Source: a virus. Taken from it: 53,360 bases of DNA. How positions within the stretch are numbered: the first letter of the stretch is position 1; each line of letters starts with the position of its first letter. The position numbers were made by a program, and so were the translations under genes. The notes under the pieces were generated by a model. It did not search any database and was not told the origin of the DNA. It worked only from the letters and a program-made list of their open reading frames with translations. The stretch is taken from the IMG/VR virus record IMGVR_UViG_3300045988_161096. One strand, 5' to 3'. Shown one piece after another: positions 42,001-51,442 of the stretch.

Positions 42001-42962
42001 TTGAAGATGAACAGAAAAAGCTACGTAAAAAGGGTTTGAGTTTGATGGGCCGCATAGGTAAATATGGCGTTACTGGATTCTTGCTTTCCTATATGGGTTT
42101 TGATGATGATGGCATTAAAGCTTGGAATGCTGCATGTAGTCAGGTTATTAGCAATCTTCAAGAAATAGCTCAAGCTGAAGTTGACGTCGCACAAGCAGCA
42201 GTCGATGCAGCCGAAAAGCGAGTAGAAGCAGCTCAATCAGCTTATGACGCTGAAGTTGAAGGCCGTAATAACGGCTATGCCAACCAAGTTGCAACTAAGA
42301 AGAAAGAACTACAGCAGGAGAAGAAGAATATGCAGCAAAAGCAAAAACTTCTCGAACAAGCCCAAAAGCGCCAAGAAGCTATTAATACTGTTGTACAAGC
42401 TTCTTCTCTTATTACTGCTTCTGCTAATATCTGGTCATCTATGTCAGGCATACCTATTATTGGTCCTGCTTTGGCATTAGCAGCTATCGCGACGATGTGG
42501 ACAAGCTTTGCAGTTGCTAAAGTGAAAGCTAAACAAGCTACAGCCGCGGCAAATCAAGAGTATGGAGAAGGTGGTCTTGAGTTCCTAGAAGGCGGTTCAC
42601 ATGCATCTGGTAATGATATAGATTTGCATCAGAAAAATTCTGAGGGCAAAAATATGCGAGCAGAAGGCGGTGAAGCTATGGCTATTATAAATAAACGCAA
42701 TACTCGTAAATATAGACGAGTACTTCCTGATATTGTCGATAGCTTAAATAAGGGCACATTTGAGAATAAATTCTCACAAGCTTTTAATAAAGCAGATAGT
42801 CTACAGGCACAGATGATAACAGTAGAAACAACTACTGATTTGTCAAATATTGAAAGAGGCGTAGAGGCTATTAAGAAACAAAATTCTGAACGCGTTTATC
42901 CTTTAGGGGATGGCAGAACTCTTGTTATTAAAGGTAACGTAAGAAGATATATCAATAGTTAA
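39084..42962 (+). CDS. tail tape measure protein
   Basis: 1292 aa, largely coiled-coil. Hydrophobic segments ALLSWQTALIVVLYAL and GIPIIGPALALAAIATMWTSFAVA. Typical size and position. Confidence 0.8.
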   Translation: MADDVIKESDLIQSDGSIDKITQSLELLIDSYGEMVAAIKKGSSEMVEAIKNMSTSTKEGRAALDDAVRAAQRLERAQKEYEFAQSDIGKEVADLKSKTAALNRTTAESKKALELQAGSYERIRIHLKHLIDLYKNMSAEQRASRGDDIIRQINEQRSRLAAMDEQLKAHVVQISKVQKAEEKLAYLQSEEGQRYLELKAKIREVMAAHTANRTQVDALTQAQNRYNQAADATNIQIRELDLQTKTLNQTAKYQAQINQSAEGSYNRLAAQYALNKIKLNAMSAAERSATDAGKKLEQETAAIYKEMIRLQEATGNHRLSVGNYAKSWDGLGVSVSQVVRELPAAAVSLNTFFLGISNNIPIVIDEIKKVRAENAKLRAEGKPTVSVTKQIVSALLSWQTALIVVLYALSAHGKEILQWISLVIKGGQACITQKEAIQNVTDEIKNANDNYAENIVTLRRLSTEWKKLGNNMKEKQQFIKDNKAEFDKLDVSIRNVDDAENLLVKNTTAFENAMFARAKAAAAASLAQKEMQKALEERVEAEKREKAGPSWWDKFQAYLISGSGYGAGAGATASWDKTKKSITDAKSIQKKAIAISKAEQKRHEEDANTYIKIQKDALEEVDKIYKKYGFDTAHKKGSTRTRTPRERDLTDTIWRNDLTIQKKYEASITALQRDEFKKRKQEAVDSAEATIREMQEKFRKNEVFLAGKKGNKPLTDEQKQQVKKQQEELTAIIENTQRKLNLDLQDIEDERQIDSMTKLRQTMKFRYDTISAEIEKEKKLRLQQLDDREAAYTTKAATVSEDGQTEAEVTGQATPEQLAAWHKERAQIEAKYDQIILDLRAKEIQEQLYLVKKGTQEERRLLLEQVENARKLALAQNRAKPVEQQESETSINAKFNKQKLSISGSNRLQNFQQQQALAKSEFDLAVHTADEIKDYELTQEIALWKEKIRLAKSGALDWSQAQIDEAHNVVKKLEDEQKKLRKKGLSLMGRIGKYGVTGFLLSYMGFDDDGIKAWNAACSQVISNLQEIAQAEVDVAQAAVDAAEKRVEAAQSAYDAEVEGRNNGYANQVATKKKELQQEKKNMQQKQKLLEQAQKRQEAINTVVQASSLITASANIWSSMSGIPIIGPALALAAIATMWTSFAVAKVKAKQATAAANQEYGEGGLEFLEGGSHASGNDIDLHQKNSEGKNMRAEGGEAMAIINKRNTRKYRRVLPDIVDSLNKGTFENKFSQAFNKADSLQAQMITVETTTDLSNIERGVEAIKKQNSERVYPLGDGRTLVIKGNVRRYINS

Positions 42963-43083
42963 CCCAGTACTTCACTCTATAATCTCTGGGACTTTAAATT
43001 ATATTGAATTATAAATTATAAGGATATATAAATTTTAAAGTTCTAGAGATTAAAATTTAAAGTTTATCTAGATTTATAGCTTT

Positions 43084-45816
43084 ATGAATAACAATATATT
43101 TTATTTGCTTAAAGGAGAACAGCAAACAGCCACAAATGGCCAGTTTAACACAAATACTGGCGAGTTTGAAAGCGCCACTTCAGTAGGTCAATACTGTGTT
43201 ACGTCTTGGTTAACTGGCTTAAGACCTGTTGGCAGAAAACAACTTCCAGTAGCCGAGTTGTTTCCACCGGATATAAATATGAAACAGCTACGAGTATTTT
43301 TCTATGACAAGGATATTAATTACTTAAGTTATACTGTATACAGCAATAGAAGCTTAACTTATTATAACATAGTATCTGATAGCGTAAGACTAAAAGCAGA
43401 ATATATAAGATGCGATTTTGTACTAGATATTTCAAGCACTGAGTTATCACAGATGACCCAGGCTGAAATTAATAGCATGCTTACCCATGTTTGGGTTTAC
43501 GCAGGTTTTAGATTACAAGGTCCACATTACAGTAAACTTGAAAATAAATATAAAAAAGAAACTGGTCAAGTATTTTTTAGAAGCTCACTAGAAGGTTCTA
43601 TTAAAATATTTGGTACAGACTTTGATTTCATAAAGTCACAGTCTTTAGAAACCAAGTATTTACTGGTAGTAACAGATAATAGTGGAAAAGTATTAGCTTT
43701 AAATTCATTTGTTGAAACAGACTGTAAATTAGATGATACGAGACATTCAATAGAATTGAAATTATCACCTATAGATAGATATTCAAAAATAATGAATGAC
43801 TATGATAATACTTATGATTTGATTAAGCTTTCACCAGCTATAACTCCGCTTACTTTAACAAAGCGCTTACTATATCAATTCTATATACAAGGCGCTAATT
43901 CTGTATCATGTTATGCTAATGGAACATACTGGGAACAAGATACAAATGAAGCTATAGATGATGCTGATGCTCTTGAAAAGAAATATTATTTTGCCAAGAA
44001 TTTCACAAAGCAAGAAATAGTTGTAGAAAAAGAACAATCAGAACGTTTTGCAGGAACTTATATAAGAGATGACAGTTATAATGGCTATAGATGGATTCAT
44101 ACATCTAAAAGCAATCTTGTATTTTTGTTAGAACCATTGTCTGATTCTCAAAAAGCTAATTATGGTACACCATCTTGGGCTTATGGTACTATATTAAGTG
44201 CAGCTTCAGGTACTCATCCTACAAACACTACTGGAGAAAGTAAAAACAGCCTATATTGGCTAAAATTTATTGATAAAAGTGTGTTTGGAAATTTAAATAG
44301 ACCAGATTTAGTTTCTAAATCAGTTTATTGTACCACATATTATGTAGATGCTTTTATTGGATTGTTCTCTCAATCTGGTAATTATAATCTCAGAAAAGTA
44401 TCAGATGGTAGTGGCGCTTTTAACGTTGCAAACTGCATAATTAATTATACAATATGGGGCCGCATACTAGCAGATGTTGACACAGCTGTAGAGCCATCAT
44501 CCGGACAAACGAAAACACTATATGACTTGCCAAAAGACGATTTCGTATCTGAAAGGGTTAATTATAGAAAATGCATAGGCTTAATAGGACTGCAAGTAAA
44601 GCAGACAGGCTATACTGTTACTCATCCTACTAAATATGGCAGAAATGACTATGGAAAGTATTTTACTAATAATTTTGTAAATGCTATGACCAAAACTGCA
44701 CACATGCCAGTTCCTATAAGTAGAAGTTCATGGGCTAATACGTCTATATGGGCAATTATACCAGATGAATGGTCTTCATTTGAAAGTCAATTTAGAACGC
44801 AATTTACTTTAAAAGATGCATTTTCTTTGGCTGATACGATAAAAGCATTATTACATAAAATAGACCCGCTGGTAAAATTTGAAGCAACAGCTGAGTACAG
44901 TAGATTCTTCTATGAAGGTGACACATCAACTCCTATTATACCTTTCGACGGTTCTAGAATTGGTTATGTTCCATTTATAGCTCCAAAGTCTAATGTATTA
45001 AAAGGCAATTATGACCAAGCTGCACAGAAAGCAGAAATAACATTTGAACAACTCATGAATATGTTGAGAGACTGTTTTAGATGTTATTGGTACATAGATG
45101 ATAGCAATAGATTAAGAATTGAGCATGTATCATATTTCATGAAAGGTTTATCATATACCAGTCCTGATTTACAGTTTGACTTAACTAAAAAATACGATAA
45201 GTTTAATAAGAAAACAGTTCTATATGCTCAAGAGGCAACTAGCTATAATAAAGATGATTTAAATTCTAGGTATGAATTTAGTTGGATGGATGATTCTACT
45301 GACACGTTTGAAGACATGGAAATAGGCGTTAAGTCACTGTATATACAGTCAGATAAAACAGAAGAAGTAAATTCTGAAGCGTTTTCTACTGATATTGATT
45401 TGATGTTGTATGCTCCTGATAAATTTTCTGAAGATGGCTTTGCTCTTATGATGGCGGATAAAAATACAGGAAGAGTTCCTATTGCAGCTGTTTCCGGTTT
45501 AAGAGATGACGAATACATCTATACATATAGTGTTACACCACAAAACTATTTATGCTCATGGCTATACCTTGCGAGATATTATATGCTAGATATGCCTGCG
45601 TATCGTATAGAATATACAAGGGCTCCATCGGCTGACGCGTATAGAGTAACTGGAATAAAGCAGTGTATGCAGCAAGATATAGAATTTCAAACTGATGAAA
45701 AAATAGACTTAAATAAAGCTATTAAAACATCAGTTGGAACTGGAATTATCGATTCACTATCAGTGAATATAGACACACACCTTATAAGTGTCACGCTCGT
45801 GTATAGTCCAAAATAA
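43084..45816 (+). CDS. large tail tip / baseplate protein
   Basis: 910-aa ORF directly after the tape measure gene. This is a positional inference. Confidence 0.45.
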   Translation: MNNNIFYLLKGEQQTATNGQFNTNTGEFESATSVGQYCVTSWLTGLRPVGRKQLPVAELFPPDINMKQLRVFFYDKDINYLSYTVYSNRSLTYYNIVSDSVRLKAEYIRCDFVLDISSTELSQMTQAEINSMLTHVWVYAGFRLQGPHYSKLENKYKKETGQVFFRSSLEGSIKIFGTDFDFIKSQSLETKYLLVVTDNSGKVLALNSFVETDCKLDDTRHSIELKLSPIDRYSKIMNDYDNTYDLIKLSPAITPLTLTKRLLYQFYIQGANSVSCYANGTYWEQDTNEAIDDADALEKKYYFAKNFTKQEIVVEKEQSERFAGTYIRDDSYNGYRWIHTSKSNLVFLLEPLSDSQKANYGTPSWAYGTILSAASGTHPTNTTGESKNSLYWLKFIDKSVFGNLNRPDLVSKSVYCTTYYVDAFIGLFSQSGNYNLRKVSDGSGAFNVANCIINYTIWGRILADVDTAVEPSSGQTKTLYDLPKDDFVSERVNYRKCIGLIGLQVKQTGYTVTHPTKYGRNDYGKYFTNNFVNAMTKTAHMPVPISRSSWANTSIWAIIPDEWSSFESQFRTQFTLKDAFSLADTIKALLHKIDPLVKFEATAEYSRFFYEGDTSTPIIPFDGSRIGYVPFIAPKSNVLKGNYDQAAQKAEITFEQLMNMLRDCFRCYWYIDDSNRLRIEHVSYFMKGLSYTSPDLQFDLTKKYDKFNKKTVLYAQEATSYNKDDLNSRYEFSWMDDSTDTFEDMEIGVKSLYIQSDKTEEVNSEAFSTDIDLMLYAPDKFSEDGFALMMADKNTGRVPIAAVSGLRDDEYIYTYSVTPQNYLCSWLYLARYYMLDMPAYRIEYTRAPSADAYRVTGIKQCMQQDIEFQTDEKIDLNKAIKTSVGTGIIDSLSVNIDTHLISVTLVYSPK

Positions 45817-45873
45817 AGAGCTAAACAATTTTAAAAATTTATATATTTTTATATAATATTGAATAATTTTTAT

Positions 45874-45881
45874 TATATTTG
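45874..45881 (+). promoter_or_regulatory. -7 promoter box TATATTTG
   Basis: Exact TAnnTTTG in the AT-rich gap, 60 nt upstream of ATG 45941. Confidence 0.5.
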
Positions 45882-45940
45882 CAATATGAATTTATTTGTT
45901 CAGGCAATTTCAAAAGACAAATCCAATAGTAAAAAGTAAT

Positions 45941-46795
45941 ATGGCAAATCCGATATGCATATCACCGTTGAAGTTCTATGATGACTTCCATAAGCAAAAC
46001 CGCTATCGCAGTTTTGCTTATGGCCATGTTGCTCCACTTATCACAAATCCGAATGTAGTTTCACCATTTCAGTTAATAGTATCTGGAAATGTTTCAGAAG
46101 TATACGTAAGAAGTGCCGATACTAATAAAAGAGTAACTGGTAACGTAGTTGAAAGATTTAAAGATGCTGGACTGAGAAACGTATCAAAGAATGGTTATAA
46201 TATATTACTATTTTTAGGTATATTTCCGCTTTCAGGTGTTATCGATTATGAAGGCCAATATTGGCTAGAGATACATTCTGGTGGATGGTACTATTCAGAA
46301 GTATTTTGTTTTGATAATAACATAGATGATTGTCTTAAGGTAGAATACTGGAACCCAGAAGGTGATTTTGCTCTTAAAAATGGCATAATAGTATTAGGCA
46401 GTGAGAAATTTCATTTTATTCTATTGCTAAAATCAGAATTAGGCAAACCAGAATATTCGTTTGAAGAAGAGGCTACAAAGAGATTAGGCTATTCATTTAT
46501 TGAAAGCCAAGTTTCTAAGAAAACATATAAGTTCAACACTGTTATTCCTGAATATCTCTGTGACGCTATGAGGATAATTCGTCTATGCAGTCAGAAGAAA
46601 ATAACTTGTAAAGGTGAAACTTATGATGCTATAACTTTCAATATGGAAGTTGATTGGCAGGAACAAGGAGATTTAGCTTCAGTAACTTGTGAATTTGATG
46701 TGGATAATATAATCACTAATCTTGGTGGCTTCAAGCATGAAGCCGTAGGAGGTGATTTCAACAACGATTATAGCAATGATTACGATATTGAATAA
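45941..46795 (+). CDS. hypothetical tail-associated protein
   Basis: The track ORF begins at TTG 45896; the in-frame ATG 45941 (MANPICISP...) is preferred. Confidence 0.5.
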   Translation: MANPICISPLKFYDDFHKQNRYRSFAYGHVAPLITNPNVVSPFQLIVSGNVSEVYVRSADTNKRVTGNVVERFKDAGLRNVSKNGYNILLFLGIFPLSGVIDYEGQYWLEIHSGGWYYSEVFCFDNNIDDCLKVEYWNPEGDFALKNGIIVLGSEKFHFILLLKSELGKPEYSFEEEATKRLGYSFIESQVSKKTYKFNTVIPEYLCDAMRIIRLCSQKKITCKGETYDAITFNMEVDWQEQGDLASVTCEFDVDNIITNLGGFKHEAVGGDFNNDYSNDYDIE

Positions 46796-46851
46796 AATGT
46801 TGCAACATAGAGAGTTAAAAACTTAATTGTTTAATTTAAAATTTGTAGATT

Positions 46852-47121
46852 ATGGCTGATACAATCGAAAAGATTTATTGCACAGATGGTCGCGATAATG
46901 ATTTAGCAGCGATTTTGGCCGCTACTAAGAACAATGACCCAGCAACCATGATGGCTGCTATGGGAGGTGGTATGAACAACTGGATGAACAATCCTTTCGT
47001 TTACCTAGTTTGGATGATGTTTGCTAATCGTATGTGGGGAGGCGAGCAGAATTGTAATCCTGCTATTCAAGCTCAGATTGATTCTCTTCGCAATCAGATT
47101 GCCGACAATCAGAACAGTTAA
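46852..47121 (+). CDS. hypothetical Gly/Met/Asn-rich small protein
   Basis: 89-aa ATG ORF, including MMAAMGGGMNNWMNNPFVYLVWMMFANRMWGG. Confidence 0.5.
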   Translation: MADTIEKIYCTDGRDNDLAAILAATKNNDPATMMAAMGGGMNNWMNNPFVYLVWMMFANRMWGGEQNCNPAIQAQIDSLRNQIADNQNS

Positions 47122-47126
47122 GAAGT

Positions 47127-47360
47127 GTGCTTGGTCCATTTACTCCAACTCATAATGAGACCAGTGGAGATATAGCATATACTGCTAATATGGCTTATGC
47201 TGATTTCTATCCAACAGTTCTTGATACTGTAGACAAGTGCGTAACTTATGCTAAGTTAGTAGCCTCAGACCCTGACGGCTATGAAGGCATGGAATTTATG
47301 AGATGGACCAGCGATGCTATTGGTAAATTATTAACATTAAACTGGGAGGACTTTATTTAA
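47127..47360 (+). CDS. hypothetical protein (GTG start)
   Basis: 77-aa ORF with no ATG near its 5' end. Its stop overlaps the next ATG. Confidence 0.35.
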   Translation: MLGPFTPTHNETSGDIAYTANMAYADFYPTVLDTVDKCVTYAKLVASDPDGYEGMEFMRWTSDAIGKLLTLNWEDFI

Positions 47361-47881
47361 TGGCAAGAACATTTGAATTTGAACAGATTAGGCTGATTAT
47401 TATTTCTGCTTTTAGCTCTCTGTTGGCTATACTAACACCAACAGAGGGCTTTGTGGTAGCTCTTATTATCGGCTTTGGATTTAACATCTTCTGTGGAATG
47501 AGAGCAGATGGCATATCTATAACAAGATGCAAAAATTTCTCATGGAATAAAGCCCAGAAAGCTATATTAGAATTGGCATTATATTTCACAATCATATATG
47601 TTATCTATAGTATTGTGTATGCTTGTGGAGACAAAAAAGAAGCGATATTTGCTGCTAAGATTTTAACATATATATTTGATTATGCTTATGTTTGTAACGG
47701 TTTTAAAAACCTTATCATAGCATATCCAAAGAATGTTATTTTTAGAGTAATTTATCACTTAATAAGATTTGAAATTATGAAAGCTTTGCCAGGTTACTGG
47801 AAGCCTATTATAGATAGATTAAACAACGAGTTTGATAAACAAGACAATAAATCATTTGGAAACATGAAACGAGAAGAATGA
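47360..47881 (+). CDS. multi-pass membrane protein; holin candidate
   Basis: 173 aa with about four hydrophobic helices. Lies near the lysis genes. Confidence 0.4.
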   Translation: MARTFEFEQIRLIIISAFSSLLAILTPTEGFVVALIIGFGFNIFCGMRADGISITRCKNFSWNKAQKAILELALYFTIIYVIYSIVYACGDKKEAIFAAKILTYIFDYAYVCNGFKNLIIAYPKNVIFRVIYHLIRFEIMKALPGYWKPIIDRLNNEFDKQDNKSFGNMKREE

Positions 47882-47997
47882 TTTTAAATAAAATATAAAG
47901 TTATGGACAAAATTCTCATGTTGTTGCTCAGTTTATGGAGCAAAGGCTATACTCTTAATAGCCAAACTATATGGGATAGTATTAAATTAATGAAATT

Positions 47998-50235
47998 ATG
48001 GCTTACGAAAATTTAAAAAATGCAATAAAGCAAGTTATAAAACAAAATGGCAATCAGGAGATTACTGGCCCTACTATGCAAAGTACTCTACTCAGCATGG
48101 TTGATAATATACCTGAAGTTGTCCAGGAATCAGGCAAGGCTGAGGATAAGGTTATGTCTCAGAAGGCGACTAGTGATAAACTCAGTTACTTATCGGGAAC
48201 TTTGTTGGAAAAAGTAAACTCTTTAAAATCTAAACCTTTTGTTTTAACTGATTTAGAAAGAATAGAAAATAAATGCGTTATTAACAATGCACAGCTTATT
48301 AATAATAATTTTGTATTTTCTAGTATAGTTGACTTATCAAAAATTGATGGTCAATATAAAACTTTATCTGTTAAGGCTTTAGAAACTGAGTCATTACCAA
48401 TATCTTATATCTTTAAAGATAGTAATGATAAAATACTTTCAGTACATGCCAATTGTCATGCAGTCAATAATAGAATGATATGTGCTAGTGGAGCAGATTT
48501 ATATATTCCAATTCCAGAGAATGCTAAAACTTTTATGTTTTCATATTTTAAAGACGATGAAGCTGAGAAGCAAGGTCTGCCATTATTTGATGGAGTAAAA
48601 TTTTATGACCACAACTATTATGGAAGAAAGAATTTTACTAGCAATGTGGTTTTAGAAAAATTGATTTCTGAATTATATATAAGTTCTGATTTTAAATATA
48701 GTCTGGACGAAATTTTCTCAATTACAGTATGTAAGGCTTATAAAGTTTATGCAAGTAGAGATGAATATCATAATGGCTTTTTTATGCAAATAGGAAAGCC
48801 TGGAGCATTTAAGGGATTTGTAGTAGTTACAAAAGTTTATAGTACTAAAGAAGAAGCTATAAAAAATATTAGCAATGATACTTATTTTCATAAAGATGGA
48901 GCCTATGCAATTATTGACTTGAACGCTGTTAATGATTTTAACAGCGGAGTTCAATATTTTGTAACTATGACAGATTCTGTAAGAAATTTAGAATTTAGTC
49001 CAGTTATTAAATCTAAATTTACCAGTCCTACAATAGTATATGATATTTTTACAACAAAGACAACTATTCCAGATTACCCCAACATACCATTAGGTGTTAA
49101 TGGTATGTATATATCATGGAAACCTATAGATGCATCAGTTATCATTAATCGTGTTAGATTTTCAAAACCAGTGACACTGGCTGATAGTTATAATATTAAG
49201 TTAATAACTGTCGACCCTGATACTCTTAAAATTAAAAGTGAAACCGTATTGAAATTGCAGAATGATGTAGATTTTGTAGATGTATCTGTTAGACTAAAGC
49301 CGAAAGATTTGTTAGGTTTTACATTTGAAGGCGGCAAAGCAGATTTTATTCATTGGAGAAAATTCACAGAAGAAGATAAATGGGCTGAAGACTATGTTAA
49401 TTTAAGTTCTGAGTTAACTAAACAAAATTTTACTGCTGTTAATTTCTTATTTGATATAAGTTATGAATTTTCTAAAATGTATGATAAAGTTTGGTCAGGA
49501 TTGAAAGGGCTATTCATAGGAGATTCCATTACGTGGTATGAATGGTATCCTGATGCAATAGGACAATTAACTGGATGTGAAGTTTATAATAGAGGTGGTA
49601 ACGGAACTACAGTTGCATCGTATCAAAGTAGTCTATTATCATTTGCTTATAGAAGTGAATTACCAACAGATGATGATAAAAATGCAAAATCTAGTGGATT
49701 TCCATCAAAAGCTGATAAAGTATTTATTCTTGGCGGCATAAATGACTGGGGATATGCTAGAAGAAATGGAGCTAATTTCAATCTTGGGAATATAAATGAA
49801 AGTGCTACTAAGTCAACATTTGCAGGAGCTTTTAAAACTCTGCTATCTAACGTCAGAAAAAAATATCTAAATGCAGATATATATGTACTTCTTATGTATG
49901 ATGTATATACTTTATCTACATCAACCCTTAAACATGGAGAAATAACTTTGAACGATGTAGATGGTGATATATCAAGCGGACATGATGTAATCAAATTAGA
50001 AAAAGATAATGTGACTTTTACATTAGATGATATGCGTAATATAGAATATAAAATTGCCAAAATGTATGGGTGTAAAGTTATTGACTTACGTGAGGTTGGA
50101 TTCAGTGCGTTTGTGAAAAGCGATAGAAACCATTATTTTGTAACTGACGATGGAGGTGTGAATGGAGATGGAGTGCACATGAACAAAGTTGGAAGTGTAA
50201 AAATGGCAAAATATGTTTTATCGCAAATTTTATAA
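47998..50235 (+). CDS. tail fibre / receptor-binding protein with a C-terminal SGNH (GDSL) esterase domain
   Basis: 745 aa. The N-terminus KQVIKQNGNQEITGPTMQSTLLSM resembles N-termini of Bacteroidota phage fibres (from memory). SGNH blocks: FIGDSITW (I), NRGGNGTT (II), LGGINDW (III), GDGVHMN (V). Confidence 0.7.
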   Translation: MAYENLKNAIKQVIKQNGNQEITGPTMQSTLLSMVDNIPEVVQESGKAEDKVMSQKATSDKLSYLSGTLLEKVNSLKSKPFVLTDLERIENKCVINNAQLINNNFVFSSIVDLSKIDGQYKTLSVKALETESLPISYIFKDSNDKILSVHANCHAVNNRMICASGADLYIPIPENAKTFMFSYFKDDEAEKQGLPLFDGVKFYDHNYYGRKNFTSNVVLEKLISELYISSDFKYSLDEIFSITVCKAYKVYASRDEYHNGFFMQIGKPGAFKGFVVVTKVYSTKEEAIKNISNDTYFHKDGAYAIIDLNAVNDFNSGVQYFVTMTDSVRNLEFSPVIKSKFTSPTIVYDIFTTKTTIPDYPNIPLGVNGMYISWKPIDASVIINRVRFSKPVTLADSYNIKLITVDPDTLKIKSETVLKLQNDVDFVDVSVRLKPKDLLGFTFEGGKADFIHWRKFTEEDKWAEDYVNLSSELTKQNFTAVNFLFDISYEFSKMYDKVWSGLKGLFIGDSITWYEWYPDAIGQLTGCEVYNRGGNGTTVASYQSSLLSFAYRSELPTDDDKNAKSSGFPSKADKVFILGGINDWGYARRNGANFNLGNINESATKSTFAGAFKTLLSNVRKKYLNADIYVLLMYDVYTLSTSTLKHGEITLNDVDGDISSGHDVIKLEKDNVTFTLDDMRNIEYKIAKMYGCKVIDLREVGFSAFVKSDRNHYFVTDDGGVNGDGVHMNKVGSVKMAKYVLSQIL

Positions 50236-50258
50236 AACATTTGATACACTAGTAAAAA

Positions 50259-50525
50259 ATGGATAATATATTTTTAGTTTTAGTTAAAGAGAATGATTTA
50301 AGGTTGTTTACATCTTACCCAATCAAGATTAAGGAACCAATAATGATAGAATCTGAAGAAGAGGAAGAAGACTATCATGGACACTTTTATCATGGTTATG
50401 TTGATTCTGGCAAATATGAAGAAGTTTGGAAGTCGGGTAACGACGAAGGTATTCGTGTATCTCCTTCTATATTCTCTGAAAAAATTCAAAGTCGTATCCA
50501 AGTAGATAAAATTATAGAGTTATGA
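50259..50525 (+). CDS. hypothetical acidic protein
   Basis: 88-aa ATG ORF. Its stop overlaps the amidase ATG. Confidence 0.5.
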   Translation: MDNIFLVLVKENDLRLFTSYPIKIKEPIMIESEEEEEDYHGHFYHGYVDSGKYEEVWKSGNDEGIRVSPSIFSEKIQSRIQVDKIIEL

Positions 50526-50935
50526 GACAGATAAATTATATTATTATTCACTGCTCAGCCACTAAGGCTGGGCGTGATTTTCATGCCAAAGATATAGACA
50601 AATGGCATAGAGAGCGTGGTTTTGATGAAATCGGCTATAATGTAGTAGTCGATTTGGATGGTACAATAGAGCCTGGTCGCTCAGAGGCAAAACCAGGTGC
50701 CCATTGTAAGGGTCACAATTCGGATTCTATTGGTATCTGTTATATTGGCGGACTCGATGAAAATGGAAAGCCAGCAGACACAAGAACTGAGTTGCAGAAA
50801 GCAGCACTAGCTGGACTTGTTGCTGGTTATAAGCAAAGATTTCCAAATGCTAAAGTAGTAGGCCATCGTGATATGCCTAATGTGCATAAAGCCTGTCCTT
50901 GCTTTAATGCCAAAGAGGAATATAAAAACATATAA
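50522..50935 (+). CDS. N-acetylmuramoyl-L-alanine amidase (Amidase_2 / PGRP, T7-lysozyme-like endolysin)
   Basis: IIIHCSAT, GYNVVV, GAHCKGHNSDSIGICYIGG and VVGHRDM...KACPCF, which gives a His/His/Cys zinc triad pattern. Confidence 0.9.
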   Translation: MRQINYIIIHCSATKAGRDFHAKDIDKWHRERGFDEIGYNVVVDLDGTIEPGRSEAKPGAHCKGHNSDSIGICYIGGLDENGKPADTRTELQKAALAGLVAGYKQRFPNAKVVGHRDMPNVHKACPCFNAKEEYKNI

Positions 50936-50940
50936 AAAGT

Positions 50941-51282
50941 ATGATACAGAAACAAACTTGGAAAGATGAAATCAGAATTTTAATAACTGATGAACAGAAC
51001 CACGGCTCTGTTCAAATATCCATTCCACTATATGTTAGTGATATTTTCGGTAAAGCTGACGCTTTAATATATGCACTCTTTGTTGATGATACTCATAGAA
51101 GATGTGGTGTTGCAAAACGTTTATTACAGCTTGCTGAGCACCAGGCTAAGTTAAATGGAGTAAAAACAATTGGATTAGAATTCAATAAAGATGAGTCTGA
51201 AGATTTTGTTTTAAGCTGGTATATAAAAAATGGTTATAAGCTATTTAGTAAAGAAGGTAGTTTACTAATTAAAATATTGTAA
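50941..51282 (+). CDS. GNAT-family N-acetyltransferase
   Basis: 113 aa. Acetyl-CoA motif A-like FVDDTHRRCGVAKRLLQLAE. Confidence 0.6.
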   Translation: MIQKQTWKDEIRILITDEQNHGSVQISIPLYVSDIFGKADALIYALFVDDTHRRCGVAKRLLQLAEHQAKLNGVKTIGLEFNKDESEDFVLSWYIKNGYKLFSKEGSLLIKIL

Positions 51283-51442
51283 TCAATTTAGTAAGTACTA
51301 TATTTTATTTATAAACTCATATAAAATTATCCCAGGTACTCCCTATTTTTAACAGAAGTTATCCACTATATTTAGGTTATAAAGTTATCACCTTTATATA
51401 GTGGATTTCACTCTATTCATTTATTTAATTATAGCTAGAATT

